62,563 nt of DNA, filler included, from Globobulimina sp. (GCA_003354225.1; 38 parts of 38 records of this genome joined end to end with filler, not necessarily neighbours in it), one strand, 5' to 3'. Numbered from the whole stretch's first letter, positions 23,964 through 36,192 are shown. Numbers and translations: made by a program. Notes: generated from the sequence alone by a model not told the origin.

Positions 23964-24284
23964 GGTATCAAGGAATGCAGTCGATATAACTGCTCTGATT
24001 CCAACGACTGCGCGCAAACCTATCTAATATGCGATAATAATATAGAATGTATTATAAATTGTGGTGGCGATGGATCTTGCTTTGACACAACAATTCAATG
24101 TCCAGCAGCAAGCTCCTGTGTTATTAATTGTGTCGGCAATCCTCAGCATGTATCACCTAAAATGTGTAGACAGTTAATAATCAATGCAACATCATCCACG
24201 ACTTTGAGTGTTTATGCATCCGATGGGACGCACATACTGCGAAATGCGGATGTTTATTGCCCTCTACATCTGATCCAAATTTAA
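23964..24284 (+). CDS. Cys-rich repeat exon or gene relic
   Basis: Open frame without a start codon: CDNNIECIINCGGDGSCFDTTIQCPAASSCVINC. Confidence 0.5.
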   Translation, partial: GIKECSRYNCSDSNDCAQTYLICDNNIECIINCGGDGSCFDTTIQCPAASSCVINCVGNPQHVSPKMCRQLIINATSSTTLSVYASDGTHILRNADVYCPLHLIQI

Positions 24285-25090
24285 TTGCTGATGTGGATGA
24301 ATATTTAATGCCAGGGAATCTTCGGAAATATCTTCTATGATTTCACCATTTGATTTTTTTTATATGGACTTCAAATTACTTTTTGATTTTTTTTTATATG
24401 GACTAAATAATGTACCGTTTTTCATTATTTTTCCATGAAAATTAAATTAAATGCAATTTACCGCTATTTATATCTTGTGGGATTTAAGTCCGCTGCATGT
24501 CGTTCCACAGAAATATAGAGCAACTTTAAACAAAATCACCATAATTATTATACGCAGTTTCTACAACATTCAGTAACTTTAGTTCATTGAACAAAAATAG
24601 AGTAAAATTGAAGCAACAAAATCAAAAATACTCACAATGAACGATAAATNNNNNNNNNNNNNNNNNNNNNNNNNNNNNNNNNNNNNNNNNNNNTTAATTA
24701 ATTAANNNNNNNNNNNNNNNNNNNNNNNNNNNNNNNNNNNNNNNNNNNNGTCCAATATCAATGACAAAGTTATCATGGAATTGTTATGGATGGATTTGAT
24801 AGATTTTTTTGTTTTGTTTTGTGTTTTGTATTTTTTTCCCATGAAACTAATCAAAAAATCTGAAAACATAAATATGTTTTGTTATGTAATACATAAAATT
24901 CGTTTTATCACATTTTCAGTTTCATGGGACATAATATAACAAAACAAAACAAACAGATAAAATATAGATTCATGAATGCAATAAATCCATAACATAGCAT
25001 TAAAATACCAACGAGAGACAAAACTAAAGTCCAAAAGCGTTTTTGTTTACAAACATCAAAAACAATGGATGCTTTGCCGAGCAAAGCCAA

Positions 25091-25269
25091 TCTATGGATA
25101 TTATTATATTTATTATGGTATATAAGGCGGCGACGCAGTCGCATCATCGATGGATATGGATATTATTATTTATTTGGTATCTATGGGCGGCGACGAAATC
25201 GCCTCATCTATGGATATTAATATATTTATTATGGTATCTATGGGCGGCGACGAAGTCGCCTCATCGATG
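25091..25269. repeat. Three ~57-60-bp tandem units, each with a GC hairpin
   Basis: GCGAC-GCA-GTCGC, GGCGAC-GAA-ATCGCC, GGCGAC-GAA-GTCGCC. Confidence 0.85.
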
Positions 25270-25520
25270 CTAATGAATTTATTGTGATGATAGCTCATTG
25301 AGAGCATCTTATTAAATAAGATTTGGGTCCAAATCCCAATCATCACATTTTTTTTTGTTCGTTTTATATAATGTTTTATGTTTTTTGTTTGTTTTTCGTT
25401 TCTATTTTACTCCACTAAGTGGCGTAAACGGGTGAAAAGGAGTGGAGTAATTCCACTTTTACTGCGTTTTTTTGGTAAACACAAAAGGCCAAGAAATGAA
25501 CGACTATTTATGGAAACATA

Positions 25521-25671
25521 CATACTTTAGAATAGGACCTGTTTGAAACACATTGTTTTTAAAATCCGCAAATTGGCAAGTCGTTTTGTTAGGAGATGGT
25601 GGTGACCTCTCCATAGGTTTTAAATTTTTTCTAAAACGCAGTGTTTCAAACAGGTCCTATTCTAAAGTATG
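25521..25671. mobile_element. Tc1/mariner-type MITE, 151 bp
   Basis: Perfect 31-bp TIR CATACTTTAGAATAGGACCTGTTTGAAACAC with TA on both flanks. Confidence 0.85.
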
Positions 25672-25897
25672 TACATCTTATCCGGAACACCACTGTAGAA
25701 AATTGTTTTTTTTAAATAATGACAACTCCATCACTAGACTCTACTTTATAAATAACATAATGTTAAACACTTCCCCGTTGATGATCTAGTTATATCTCAC
25801 ACACAAGTTACCAAATTGAAAAATGTAATAAATGTTATCTGAATTAAAAGTATTATTAACACCAAATAAAAAATATCTAGTCAATTAATGTTTGTAT

Positions 25898-26298
25898 TTA
25901 TGCAGCTGCCGCAGGCGCAGGCTTAGAATCAGGTGCATCACCAAATAATCCATCATCTTTATCCATTCTCTCCATTATATCTTTGGATAGACCTTTTGGA
26001 GATGGTTTGAGTTCATCATAAGCACTCCACCATTTATCTTGCTGTACTCCATCTGTTGCTGGATCAGGTTTTGTTGCAATTGATTGCGAATTCCAATCCT
26101 GTACTGCATCAATAGCACCATCCTCAAAACTTGGATAAGCACCAAACGTTTTATAATAAGCTTCTTCATTAATTTGTATTTTGCCTGTAATAGGATCAAC
26201 AGATACGATATCTTCAATGGTTGCTTCCTTTTCTTCCTCAGCAATAACTTCCTGTTCTAACTCGAGCTCCGTGGCCTCCTCTTCCTCACTGATATCTT
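25898..26298 (-). CDS. Acidic hypothetical protein C-terminus (5' partial)
   Basis: Open frame from the contig end: EEEEATELE...FGAYPSFEDG...KPAPAAAA-stop; the ORF track shows a different frame. Confidence 0.55.
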
Positions 26299-26398
26299 NN
26301 NNNNNNNNNNNNNNNNNNNNNNNNNNNNNNNNNNNNNNNNNNTTAATTAATTAANNNNNNNNNNNNNNNNNNNNNNNNNNNNNNNNNNNNNNNNNNNN

Positions 26399-27814
26399 CA
26401 CTCCTCACAGCCAAATCATTAATGGTTTTGCTATTTATTTCTTTATTAATCATACCAAAATAGTCACAATTTTGTGCTAACAACGCATCAGAGGGCAGCT
26501 CCCGATTTTTCCTGCGCGGATTATCCAAACCATGCAGTGAACAGTCATAAGTCATACAGCGCGGACAAAATAACAATGCAAATGAATCAATTGGAATGTC
26601 TTTGTTTTTGGTGTCGTATCCATTGCGAATTAATTTCTTTTTCTGTTGTTTCAATAACTTTTCTTTGTGATGCGATAAGGACATAATTCGATGTTGGATT
26701 CGTTCAAAACTTAAATAAAATATCTTTTCTAAGTTATCAATGGTTTCATCATCATCTAATTCCAAATTTTCATAAATATAATCCAATAAAATATCTTCCT
26801 GTTCTTCAAACTCTGTGTCACCGTCATTCTCAATGTCGTCATGGTTATAAATATCAATATTGTCTGCAATCTGTGGAATGAATCGCAATTTCTTATCATC
26901 TTTGACGTAATGATTGCGGTTCACTGTAATGTAGGGAGTTGAGTGTGGTATGGGACAGGTCGAGGGAGTCAAGGCAATCTCAATGGGTGCTATCATTTGG
27001 TCGATTCTCTGTTCGTCCGCAGTGTGGCCAGTGATATGGAGATATTTCGATGTCTCTGCAACATTTTGAGCGACATTCTGCAAAAAAGAGGCGTGATCAA
27101 TGACTTGGCGTCTTGCTAATTCAATTGTTTTTGTTGGTGAATGAGTGCAAGGATAATGGTTAAAAAACACATAAAAACACACAAACCAAAGGGTAATACA
27201 GTTGTATTTTGTTGTTGTTTCAGTATTTCTTGTTTGTGTGATTGAGCTTTATTTTTTTCTTGCATCCATATTTGATTTGAATTTTTAAAATTTGTTTTAA
27301 AATAATTATTCACATATTGATAAGCTTTATTTTTGAATGCGATTTCTGTTTGATTTAATTCCGGATTATTTAGGATTGTTCGATATGTTCGATGATATCG
27401 GATTGAATGAGATGTCAATAATAAGGATCCATTGTTATTATTATTGTCATTGTCATCGTATTCATCACTTTGTGTTTCAATGTCGTCACTGTCGTCATTG
27501 TCTTGATTGTCGTCCGACTCTTCCCTGTCATCGCTGTCATTTTCTGTTTGTTGATGGTCATTATTTGAATTTGAGTTTGAGTTTGAAGTGGTTGGTGTTT
27601 CATTATCATACTGCTCATAATATATATCATCATTATAGTTTGGCTTTTTTGCTTTTATTCGGTCTGATCGCCGTCTATAATCTGTGTACTTTGTTTTCTT
27701 CGATGGCGGTTCTTCACCTTCACTGCCATCACTATGATGATTGTTATTGTTTTGTCTGTTGCTGTATGATCTTTTGCGTCTTTTCTTTTTCTTTTTGTTA
27801 TTGTTATTGGACAT
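26399..27814 (-). CDS. EZH: Enhancer-of-zeste (PRC2) homolog, N-terminal half; intron 27116-27186
   Basis: DSFALLFCPRCMTYDCSLHG matches the E(z) MCSS motif; RNHYVKDDKKLRFIP matches the SAL region; SET domain not on this contig. Confidence 0.8.
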
Positions 27815-28328
27815 GATTGTTGTATTTAAATGATGACTTAACTCACTTTACTCAAATGTTACAGTGGCGAATTGACTTTGGCCAACTAAGTGATTTTCGA
27901 GACCGTTACATTTCATGTCTCCAATGTCTACACTTGTCTTTTAGATTNNNNNNNNNNNNNNNNNNNNNNNNNNNNNNNNNNNNNNNNNNNNTTAATTAAT
28001 TAANNNNNNNNNNNNNNNNNNNNNNNNNNNNNNNNNNNNNNNNNNNNCATGATGAATGGATGTAGTTATTCTAGCATTTTTTAATAATTCTAATTATTTT
28101 TTTATTTCTATCATTTTCTTCACTGATATCGGTCATATGTACGACATTCTTGTAATACAAACGTATATAAGCAGAATATACTAATACTACTACTCAATAT
28201 CACAACCGCTACGTTATTATATGAATCAATCAATATTTAATAAATAATGATTATATCACCGATTTCAAAAAAGAGTTTTATAGTTTATATAAAATGCATT
28301 AATTTATAGTTTTATAGTTTCGAAAAAA

Positions 28329-28398
28329 AATTTACTAATCCCCGACTTTGTTGAACTTAAATATCAATTTACTAATCCCCGACTTTGTTGAACTTAAA
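28329..28398 (+). repeat. 33-bp direct repeat just upstream of MCM3
   Basis: AATTTACTAATCCCCGACTTTGTTGAACTTAAA twice, period 37. Confidence 0.9.
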
Positions 28399-28406
28399 AA
28401 ATAATA

Positions 28407-29596
28407 ATGGATTCAGATAGAGATGCGAATTTTATCGCAAACAAACAAGACTTTGCTTATTTTTTAGCACCAGATAATGGCGAAACATTTTACATTGATA
28501 AAATCGAAGAAATGGTCAACAATCAAGACACTCGATTGGTTGTAAATTTGCGTGATGTAAATGAATACGATTCCAATCTACGACGCAATATACTCTCCAA
28601 TCCAATGGAATATATCCCAGCCTGGGAAGAAGCATTAAAGGATTACATTGAACACAACCAATTTTCAGTTGAAAAACAACGTCTTTTATTAAGCGAATAT
28701 AGAATTGGTTTACGTGGCGCCTTTGGCGCAAATAGAGTCACCCCACAACGACTCATGTCTGCATCCATCGGCACTATGGTTTGTTGTGAAGGCATTGTGA
28801 CCAAAGTATCCTTAGTTCGCCCTAAAGTTACGCCATATGTTTGCTATCGGAATTACACACACATTTGTTTGTGTTTTTGTAGGTGAAAGAAACTGTACAT
28901 TTTTGCGAAACCACCCAACAATTCACCACCGCACAGTATCGGGATGGCACCGCATTAATGGGAGCGCGCACCGGCTCCGCTTACCCCACCACAGACAATG
29001 CCGGCAATAATCTAACCACAGAATTCGGTCTATGCACTTTCAGCGACCATCAAAAAATATACATCCAAGACATGCCGGAACGAACCGAGCCGGGTTCCAT
29101 GCCCCAAACTATCGAATGCATCTTAGACAATGACTTAGTGGACGCATGCAAGCCCGGTGATCGTGTGCAAATCATCGGTATTTATCGCGCCTTATCCGGC
29201 CGTCGAGCCGTTGGCGAATCCACCGGCAAATTCCATACAGTCATCTTAGTAAACAACGTGGTGAAGATTGGCATTTCAGGCAGCAGCAAAGCACAAAGCG
29301 AGACCTTGTCTGCGTCGGAAATAAAAAATATTAAAAAATACAGCAAAAAAAAGAACATTTTCTCCATCGTAGCCAACAGTATCATCCCTTCCATCCACGG
29401 CCATGATTTCATTAAAAAATCTATCGTCTTACAGTTATTAGGCGGCATTGCCAAGGATTTGGACAACGGCACGCATTTACGTGGCGATATCAATATTTTA
29501 TTAATCGGAGATCCGTCGTGTGGCAAATCGCAAATGTTGCGCGGCGTGATGAACATTGGCAAGTTGGTGATAAATACCACCGGTCGCGGCTCCTCC
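28407..29596 (+). CDS. MCM3: Replicative helicase subunit MCM3 (3' partial); intron 28827-28882
   Basis: EGIVTKVSLVRPKV, YPTTD..GN.LTTEFGL, NGTHLRGDINILLIGDPSCGKSQ, TTGRGSS. Confidence 0.95.
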
Positions 29597-29808
29597 NNNN
29601 NNNNNNNNNNNNNNNNNNNNNNNNNNNNNNNNNNNNNNNNTTAATTAATTAANNNNNNNNNNNNNNNNNNNNNNNNNNNNNNNNNNNNNNNNNNNNAAAT
29701 TACAATGTCTGTTATATTGTTTACTTTCAACATTATTGTTTTATACTATTGTATACTACATATTATTAGTTGTACAAATTAACACAAGTGATACTGGACC
29801 GTTATTCT

Positions 29809-31245
29809 TCAAATTTTAACAACTTTCCCAACAACAAAACTAACAATAACTTCTATACAGTCATTATCCACATTATACCTTTCATTGTTTGACAATAAAT
29901 CTATTAATAAATTACTTAATTCGCCACTTTGTTGTATCATCGAATAAATACAATTTAAACAGATATCGTGTCGATCTTCCATTTTCGTGGAACAATGATA
30001 TATAAATTCAAACTGGTCAACACTCACTGAGCAAACATCGCAAATTTGATATCTTGAATCCATATTACTTCCTCGTTTCAATTCTGTATGCACTGCGCCT
30101 TCAGAAATATTTCTTTTTATAAAATATGCTCTTAAACACTCCAAACATGTCAATGCGCCATGTCTGTGATCTAAAATACATGCTTCCATCTTCCATTCAT
30201 ATTCATTTGTGTCATATAAATATTCCATCACATATTTGCTAATATACTTTGCAATGCTCATTAATTTTGAATCGAACGTATAAAAATCCATTCTTCCATC
30301 CTTTGAATGCAATAACTTCCAAAACTTGGCATAACCTTTGAATGCCTCAATTAATCCTCGATACGTTTTCATTTTTTCATTGTTCTCAGTGTTATCATTT
30401 AGTTTCAACAACAATGTTTTATCAATCTTCAAATCCAAATTTGTAAAATCTAATAAATGTCGAGAGCTGACAGTGTCTGACAAAGCAACTCGCGATGAAT
30501 GCAAAATAAACGCATCTTTTCTAATTTTTAATTGTGAAATATTTGCCGATTTTATCTCTTTTAATTTGACATATCCATTTGGTAATTTTTCCATTATTTT
30601 TGCTTCCGTAAATGACAAAACATAATCATTTTCTTCTTTATATCTGACAAGATCTCCAACATCAAATTGTGTGCCAATCATCGATGAAGGAATTGTGACT
30701 TTATATTCTTTGCTGAAATCAAACCATGATTTTGCATCCGGTTTATAATTATCATTATTTCCTTGATTTGAAATCAATTTTGCGCGAAGTCTACATTTGA
30801 TGCGATATCCTTTTAAGTTTAGAGGCATTCTGACATAAAATAAGCCATTTGATAGTAACAAATCTGAATTGAAAGTGGTTGTGTTCCATTGCTGGTCATT
30901 TATAAATTTGTAATCATATTGAAATTGAATGCAGTTTTGTTTGGTTCTTAGAAATTTATTCAGTAATTTTACTTTGAACACGCCATTAATTGCTTTTGTT
31001 ACTTTTATCCGCGGAGTTCTACGTTTTTGATTTTCTTTTTCATACTGTTTTTTCATATTTGCTGCAAATGATTTGTTCATTTTTGTTGAAGCCGTTTGTT
31101 GCTTTGCCTTGGTTTTTTTTAACTTTTGTTTCCTAATTTTTTTGCATTCTGCTTTGTGCTGTTTCCAATTGTTTGCTTGGCATTTTTGTGAGCAATAATA
31201 AACCTCCTTGCATCCGCCACATTTTTTAGTGCCTATCTGTTGTTT
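29809..31245 (-). CDS. MYND zinc-finger protein (5' partial)
   Basis: Frame open to the contig end with CGGCKEVYYCSQKCQANNWKQHKAEC; second Cys/His cluster near the C-terminus. Confidence 0.8.
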   Translation of the reverse strand, partial: KQQIGTKKCGGCKEVYYCSQKCQANNWKQHKAECKKIRKQKLKKTKAKQQTASTKMNKSFAANMKKQYEKENQKRRTPRIKVTKAINGVFKVKLLNKFLRTKQNCIQFQYDYKFINDQQWNTTTFNSDLLLSNGLFYVRMPLNLKGYRIKCRLRAKLISNQGNNDNYKPDAKSWFDFSKEYKVTIPSSMIGTQFDVGDLVRYKEENDYVLSFTEAKIMEKLPNGYVKLKEIKSANISQLKIRKDAFILHSSRVALSDTVSSRHLLDFTNLDLKIDKTLLLKLNDNTENNEKMKTYRGLIEAFKGYAKFWKLLHSKDGRMDFYTFDSKLMSIAKYISKYVMEYLYDTNEYEWKMEACILDHRHGALTCLECLRAYFIKRNISEGAVHTELKRGSNMDSRYQICDVCSVSVDQFEFIYHCSTKMEDRHDICLNCIYSMIQQSGELSNLLIDLLSNNERYNVDNDCIEVIVSFVVGKVVKI

Positions 31246-31345
31246 NNNNNNNNNNNNNNNNNNNNNNNNNNNNNNNNNNNNNNNNNNNNTTAATTAATTA
31301 ANNNNNNNNNNNNNNNNNNNNNNNNNNNNNNNNNNNNNNNNNNNN

Positions 31346-31922
31346 GTACATTCAGAAGCACCATCTATTACTATGTTACATGCGTTTGCATTGCATAAAT
31401 ATCCGCCGTCATAAATAGTGGTTTCTACACAATTTGCTTCACCCAATGTCCCAGCACCATTATTATAGTTTGTGTCCCAATATCCACAGTCCGCATTACT
31501 ACCTCCCACTACATCTCCAACATTATCAGGTTCATTTGTCCAAAATTCTGAGCAATCACCATTTGCAATAGTACACGGAGTGCCATCTATCCATTTCCAA
31601 TTTCCCTCACTCTGTTGATCCTTGGTGTTGATTGACAAATATGTACAAAACAATAATCAGAAAGAAATCTTAAAAATTATACCGTTAAACCAATCCATAA
31701 ATATTGCCCAGCACTTTGAGCATACGACACTAGACTGGCTCTGTCTTCTTGACTGATAATTGTGGCTAATTCTGTTCCATAAAGTTGTCCGCATAGAGTG
31801 TTGCATTGTGACCAAGATTTTGCTGAATTTGATGACAATAGTTCTAATACATATTCTCTTTGTGCTGATGAAATGTGTGATATTATGTTTGTTAATAATA
31901 TAAAAGCGGTAACAACAACCAT
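31346..31922 (-). CDS. Secreted C-type lectin domain protein (3' partial); intron 31621-31682
   Basis: Signal peptide, LATI, WIGLT|DQQSEGNWKWIDGT, EPDN. Confidence 0.9.
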
Positions 31923-32051
31923 ATTATATCTACTCTCGTGTATATGTTTATTAATCTGTTCTGATGCTTGAATTAAAAGCCATGGTTTGTTTGGCTCACT
32001 TAAAAAAAAACAAACGTTTTTCATCAACTCTTTGATCGAGTTCTGTAAACA

Positions 32052-32894
32052 ATGTCTTGTCACGGTTCGTGGCGTATTTCCTCCCAACAATCGCTTGTTT
32101 TATTAAATGTATTGAAGCAAGAGAAGTTTACAGGTATTTTATAATTAAGAATATGTTGCAATTGAAATAATATCATATATTTAAATTAAAATTAATTGTT
32201 TGCAGATGTAAGCTTTTTAATTGGTGCGAATGAGACTGAATTTAAAGCCAATCGTATTTTTTTAGCCATGCATAGCAATGTATTTTCAGCCATGCTGTAT
32301 GGTGTAATGCAAGAAAGTAAAAGAAATTCAGAAATAAGAATACCCGATGTCTCGTCAGCTGCATTCAAATCGGTTTTAAATTACTGTTATTGCAATGATC
32401 CACAATTAAATTCGCAAAATATCCTCAAAATCAAACAAATTTGTGATAAATATCAAATAAATGGCTTATCCCTATTATGTGACAAATATTTTCATAAATG
32501 TTTAAATGTGGAAAATGTTTGTTTTATTTTGAATGAATCTCTTCAGTTTAAACTTGATTTATATGTTGCAAAATGCCAAGAAATCATCAATCAAAAATTA
32601 GGCAAATCTGCAAAGAAAATTGTCCAAACATTGGGATTTGCGCAAATGGCCTTAAATGCAATGCAAATATTTCTATCCTGCGATCATTTGGAGATTAAAG
32701 AAGAGAATTTGTGGGAATCTGTGGTAAAATGGAAAGATTATCAGATTTCCAGCCATCCACAAAAAGATTTGACAATTTTTAAAGATAATAATGAGTTTGA
32801 ATTACAACAAGCAATCAAATTAAGTTCGAATATAAATGAACCACAAAAAAAAAGACAGAAATTAAATAATAATAATAATAAAAATGCAAATAAT
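32052..32894 (+). CDS. BTB/POZ-BACK protein (3' partial); intron 32134-32205
   Basis: Splicing gives FTDVSFLIG; LAMHSNVFSAML; EENLWESVVKW. Confidence 0.9.
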
Positions 32895-33235
32895 NNNNNN
32901 NNNNNNNNNNNNNNNNNNNNNNNNNNNNNNNNNNNNNNTTAATTAATTAANNNNNNNNNNNNNNNNNNNNNNNNNNNNNNNNNNNNNNNNNNNNACATGC
33001 TTCCTCTGGCTTTTATATATAGATACTAATACAGAAAACTTTGAGTGCAAGAAAACTTTTTATAAGTCAGTGGTACTGCTGTCGTGATGGTACATCTAAC
33101 CTCTTTCATCAATGCTAGGCCAGATCCAAATGAATATTTTTTACTTAATAACGCATAATTTTTATCTTTGCAAATATCAACTTTAAACGCTGTGTTTTCA
33201 GTCAAGTACGTACAGAAAGTTTTTATGCTATAGTC

Positions 33236-34324
33236 ATGAGAAAGATTTGTGTGTATTTACTTCCCGTTTGGTGTATTTTAGCATTTTTATATTTATCTGT
33301 AAACGTAAATGAAGAATCATTGCCTATATTGCAAGTAGAATCAATTGCAAATAAAGGTAATGATGAAGTAAAAATATTTATTTATCCAGATTGTATTTAT
33401 CCAGATTGTATAAAAATAATTCCAGAAGTTTGTATAATAGATGATGCAAATGATACGCGTGGATTTGAAGAATGGTATAACCGTAATTCATCGATAGAAT
33501 ATATAATTAAGGTATTGTATTTAATACCGTCCTTTACATATTATATTCTATAAAATCTCCGTCTGTTTGTATGCATAAAACGAAAAGTTTTGATTCTGTG
33601 CAGCTAAAATAGACGGAGATTTTATATGTAAATAACCGTAATATAATACCTTAAGCGAAATAAGAGAATGGAGAGTCTGAGTGGTCCGGGATCGTCAATG
33701 AGAAACACTTTTGACACTGTGAGTATATTAAAAAAATTCTTAGCGACACACTCAGATATTACAGCAGTCGCAGATATACCGTGCGGTGATACAAATTGGC
33801 AATTTTCAATAAAAGAATTAAATACATTATCAGTATATTTTGGCGGTGATGTTTCTTCATTGGCCATCAATGATAATATTCAAAAATATAAAGCTCATAA
33901 AAATAAATTATTTGCTGTATGGGATTTAGCATTATGTCAAATGCCTCAATATCAAATAAAAAACATTTCATATGATTTTGATTTGGTAATTTCACGCGAT
34001 GTTATTCAACATTTACCATTAAAAAAAGGGTTAAAATTTATTAAAAATGTAATTGAATCGAATGCAAAGTATTATGCTGTCACATCCTTTATTTATCCAA
34101 AAATAAACTATGGTACAACTGCGATCAGAGGTTGGTACGCAAATAATTTAGAAATAGAACCATTTAATCTCAATTGCACATTGGAAGGAATTAATTGTTT
34201 AATTAAACAACCGTCGCATAAAACATTTATTCCATTTAGTCGACCAACGGAAGAGAATGATTTTTTAATAATTTATGAAATTAACCATGCTTTAAAGCAA
34301 ATTGTATCTTCCTATGATGTGTAG
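33236..34324 (+). CDS. Type II membrane SAM-dependent methyltransferase; intron 33512-33655
   Basis: N-terminal TM, SGPGS, DIPCGDTNW, DLVISRDVIQHL, NLEIEPFN. Confidence 0.85.
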
Positions 34325-34643
34325 ACTGTAATTTAATTCCCGCCTTGCCCTGCATGTAAATGCGGACTTTCGTATTTATATTTAGAGGACTTTACAGTAG
34401 TTCAAGGTACTTTTCTCCGACAACGTTGCTGATATCACTTTTAAAGCAATCATACACAAACAAACAAACACCCACACCCACAGTCATGGGATCACATTGC
34501 ACAATCCGACGTATTTAATGGCACAACAAAACAATGGATTTGTNNNNNNNNNNNNNNNNNNNNNNNNNNNNNNNNNNNNNNNNNNNNTTAATTAATTAAN
34601 NNNNNNNNNNNNNNNNNNNNNNNNNNNNNNNNNNNNNNNNNNN

Positions 34644-35429
34644 TTAGCAATAAATTCAAACAATAAACTGAGTGGAACCGCATTCCATCGGCATGACACT
34701 GTTTGGTCCGTTGTTTTAAAAGGCAGAAAACGATGGTTTTTATATCCACCATTTATAACTCCGATTGGTGGATATTTGCCAGGCTATAATTCCTTTGATT
34801 GGTTTACTAATTTATATAAATATTTGAATAAAACAATTGGCAGTGATTATAGCTTGGATTATATTGGAAATGCGGAAATAAATAAAGAATTTATGTATGA
34901 ATCAAAGATCACATCGATTGATGATATAATGTGGAACTCGAATGATTGGAATGATTATAAGCCACTCGAATGTGTGTTGCATGGAGGTCAAATATTATAT
35001 GTACCCAAATTATGGTGGCATTCTGTATTGAATGTGGATGACATAACCATTGCAATCACAGTTCAACAGAGTGAGCTTACAACGCCAGAATGGCCCACAA
35101 AGCAACAAAGAAATGTAATGCCATCTCATTATCATTCATTAGGGTTTAAGTACTTTGAAATGGATAATATGAAGGAGGCAATTCAGTATTTTGAGAAGTG
35201 CATATCATTGGATCCGACCTTTATTCATTGTTATTTGTTGTTGGCGCGACTTTATTGGTTTTCTTTTGATGAATTAAAGGCAGCAGAAAGACTATTGAGA
35301 ATTGCATACATATTAAACCCAAATAGTTTAGCTGTGCAAAATGGTTTGATTGGCTTATTTACGCAAACACAACAATTGCAAATCATTCGTTTTGTTCACG
35401 AGAAGCAACCTTTGCCTGTCCTCAGTTAA
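34644..35429 (+). CDS. JmjC (JMJD8-like) plus TPR protein (5' partial)
   Basis: SGTAFHRH...GRKRWFLYPP, ILYVPKLWWHSVLN, followed by TPRs. Confidence 0.85.
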   Translation, partial: LAINSNNKLSGTAFHRHDTVWSVVLKGRKRWFLYPPFITPIGGYLPGYNSFDWFTNLYKYLNKTIGSDYSLDYIGNAEINKEFMYESKITSIDDIMWNSNDWNDYKPLECVLHGGQILYVPKLWWHSVLNVDDITIAITVQQSELTTPEWPTKQQRNVMPSHYHSLGFKYFEMDNMKEAIQYFEKCISLDPTFIHCYLLLARLYWFSFDELKAAERLLRIAYILNPNSLAVQNGLIGLFTQTQQLQIIRFVHEKQPLPVLS

Positions 35430-35548
35430 TCAATGCAATTTTTTCCTTTTGTTTTTGTATGTTGGTATTAAACCTCTCGACAATTTTCTCAAATATTTAT
35501 AACTCCGATTGGTGGATATTTACCAGGCTATAATTCTTTTGATTGGTT

Positions 35549-36192
35549 TAAGTCAAATAATGGAATGGCCAACAAAATACACAAAACTAATCCACATATA
35601 ACCATTCTTAACCATCCATTTTTCTTTATACACTTATTATGGCCATAAAAGCCAACAATAAGCAAAAAACCAGAGATCATTCCACCTAAATGTGCCAATT
35701 GTCCCATCCAACGGCAGAGATATTCGAATCAGAATGGAAAGATCCCACACATTCCAATTAAAAAATACATACAAAACACATACTCCAATCAGTGCGCCTA
35801 TAATACCACAGACTGCGCCTGATGATCCAACAATATTTTCCTCATTCTCGAGCTCCATAAATGCCACATTGAACATCATTGAATAAAATGACGTAAAAAT
35901 GAATAAAAAGAAAAACCATTTATTGCCAACAATGGTATTGAGAGTCAGTCCATTCATTAATAATAGCAGCATATTCCAGGAATAATGAAGAAAATTGAAA
36001 TGAATCAATGTCACTGTTAATGTTTTCCACTAAACTGAATGCGCCCATCGAGCGCAAAAGCTTGCTGCATTCCGGTTTTATTTTTTCTAGTTCCTCAGCT
36101 GACAGCTCCACCAAACATTTACTGGCAGCGTACCATACACAAAATGTATAAAAACTAATAAAACTTATTACTGCCACTGACATTTGCCATTC
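35549..36192 (-). pseudogene. Rhomboid protease, frameshifted
   Basis: MGA, the WKTLT...H....H...N / GSSG segment and AHLGG are separated by frame changes. Confidence 0.7.

Noticed and set aside
25091-25269. CRISPR-like array of palindromic repeats
   Set aside because: The intervening sequences are near-identical rather than unique spacers; no cas genes; eukaryotic context
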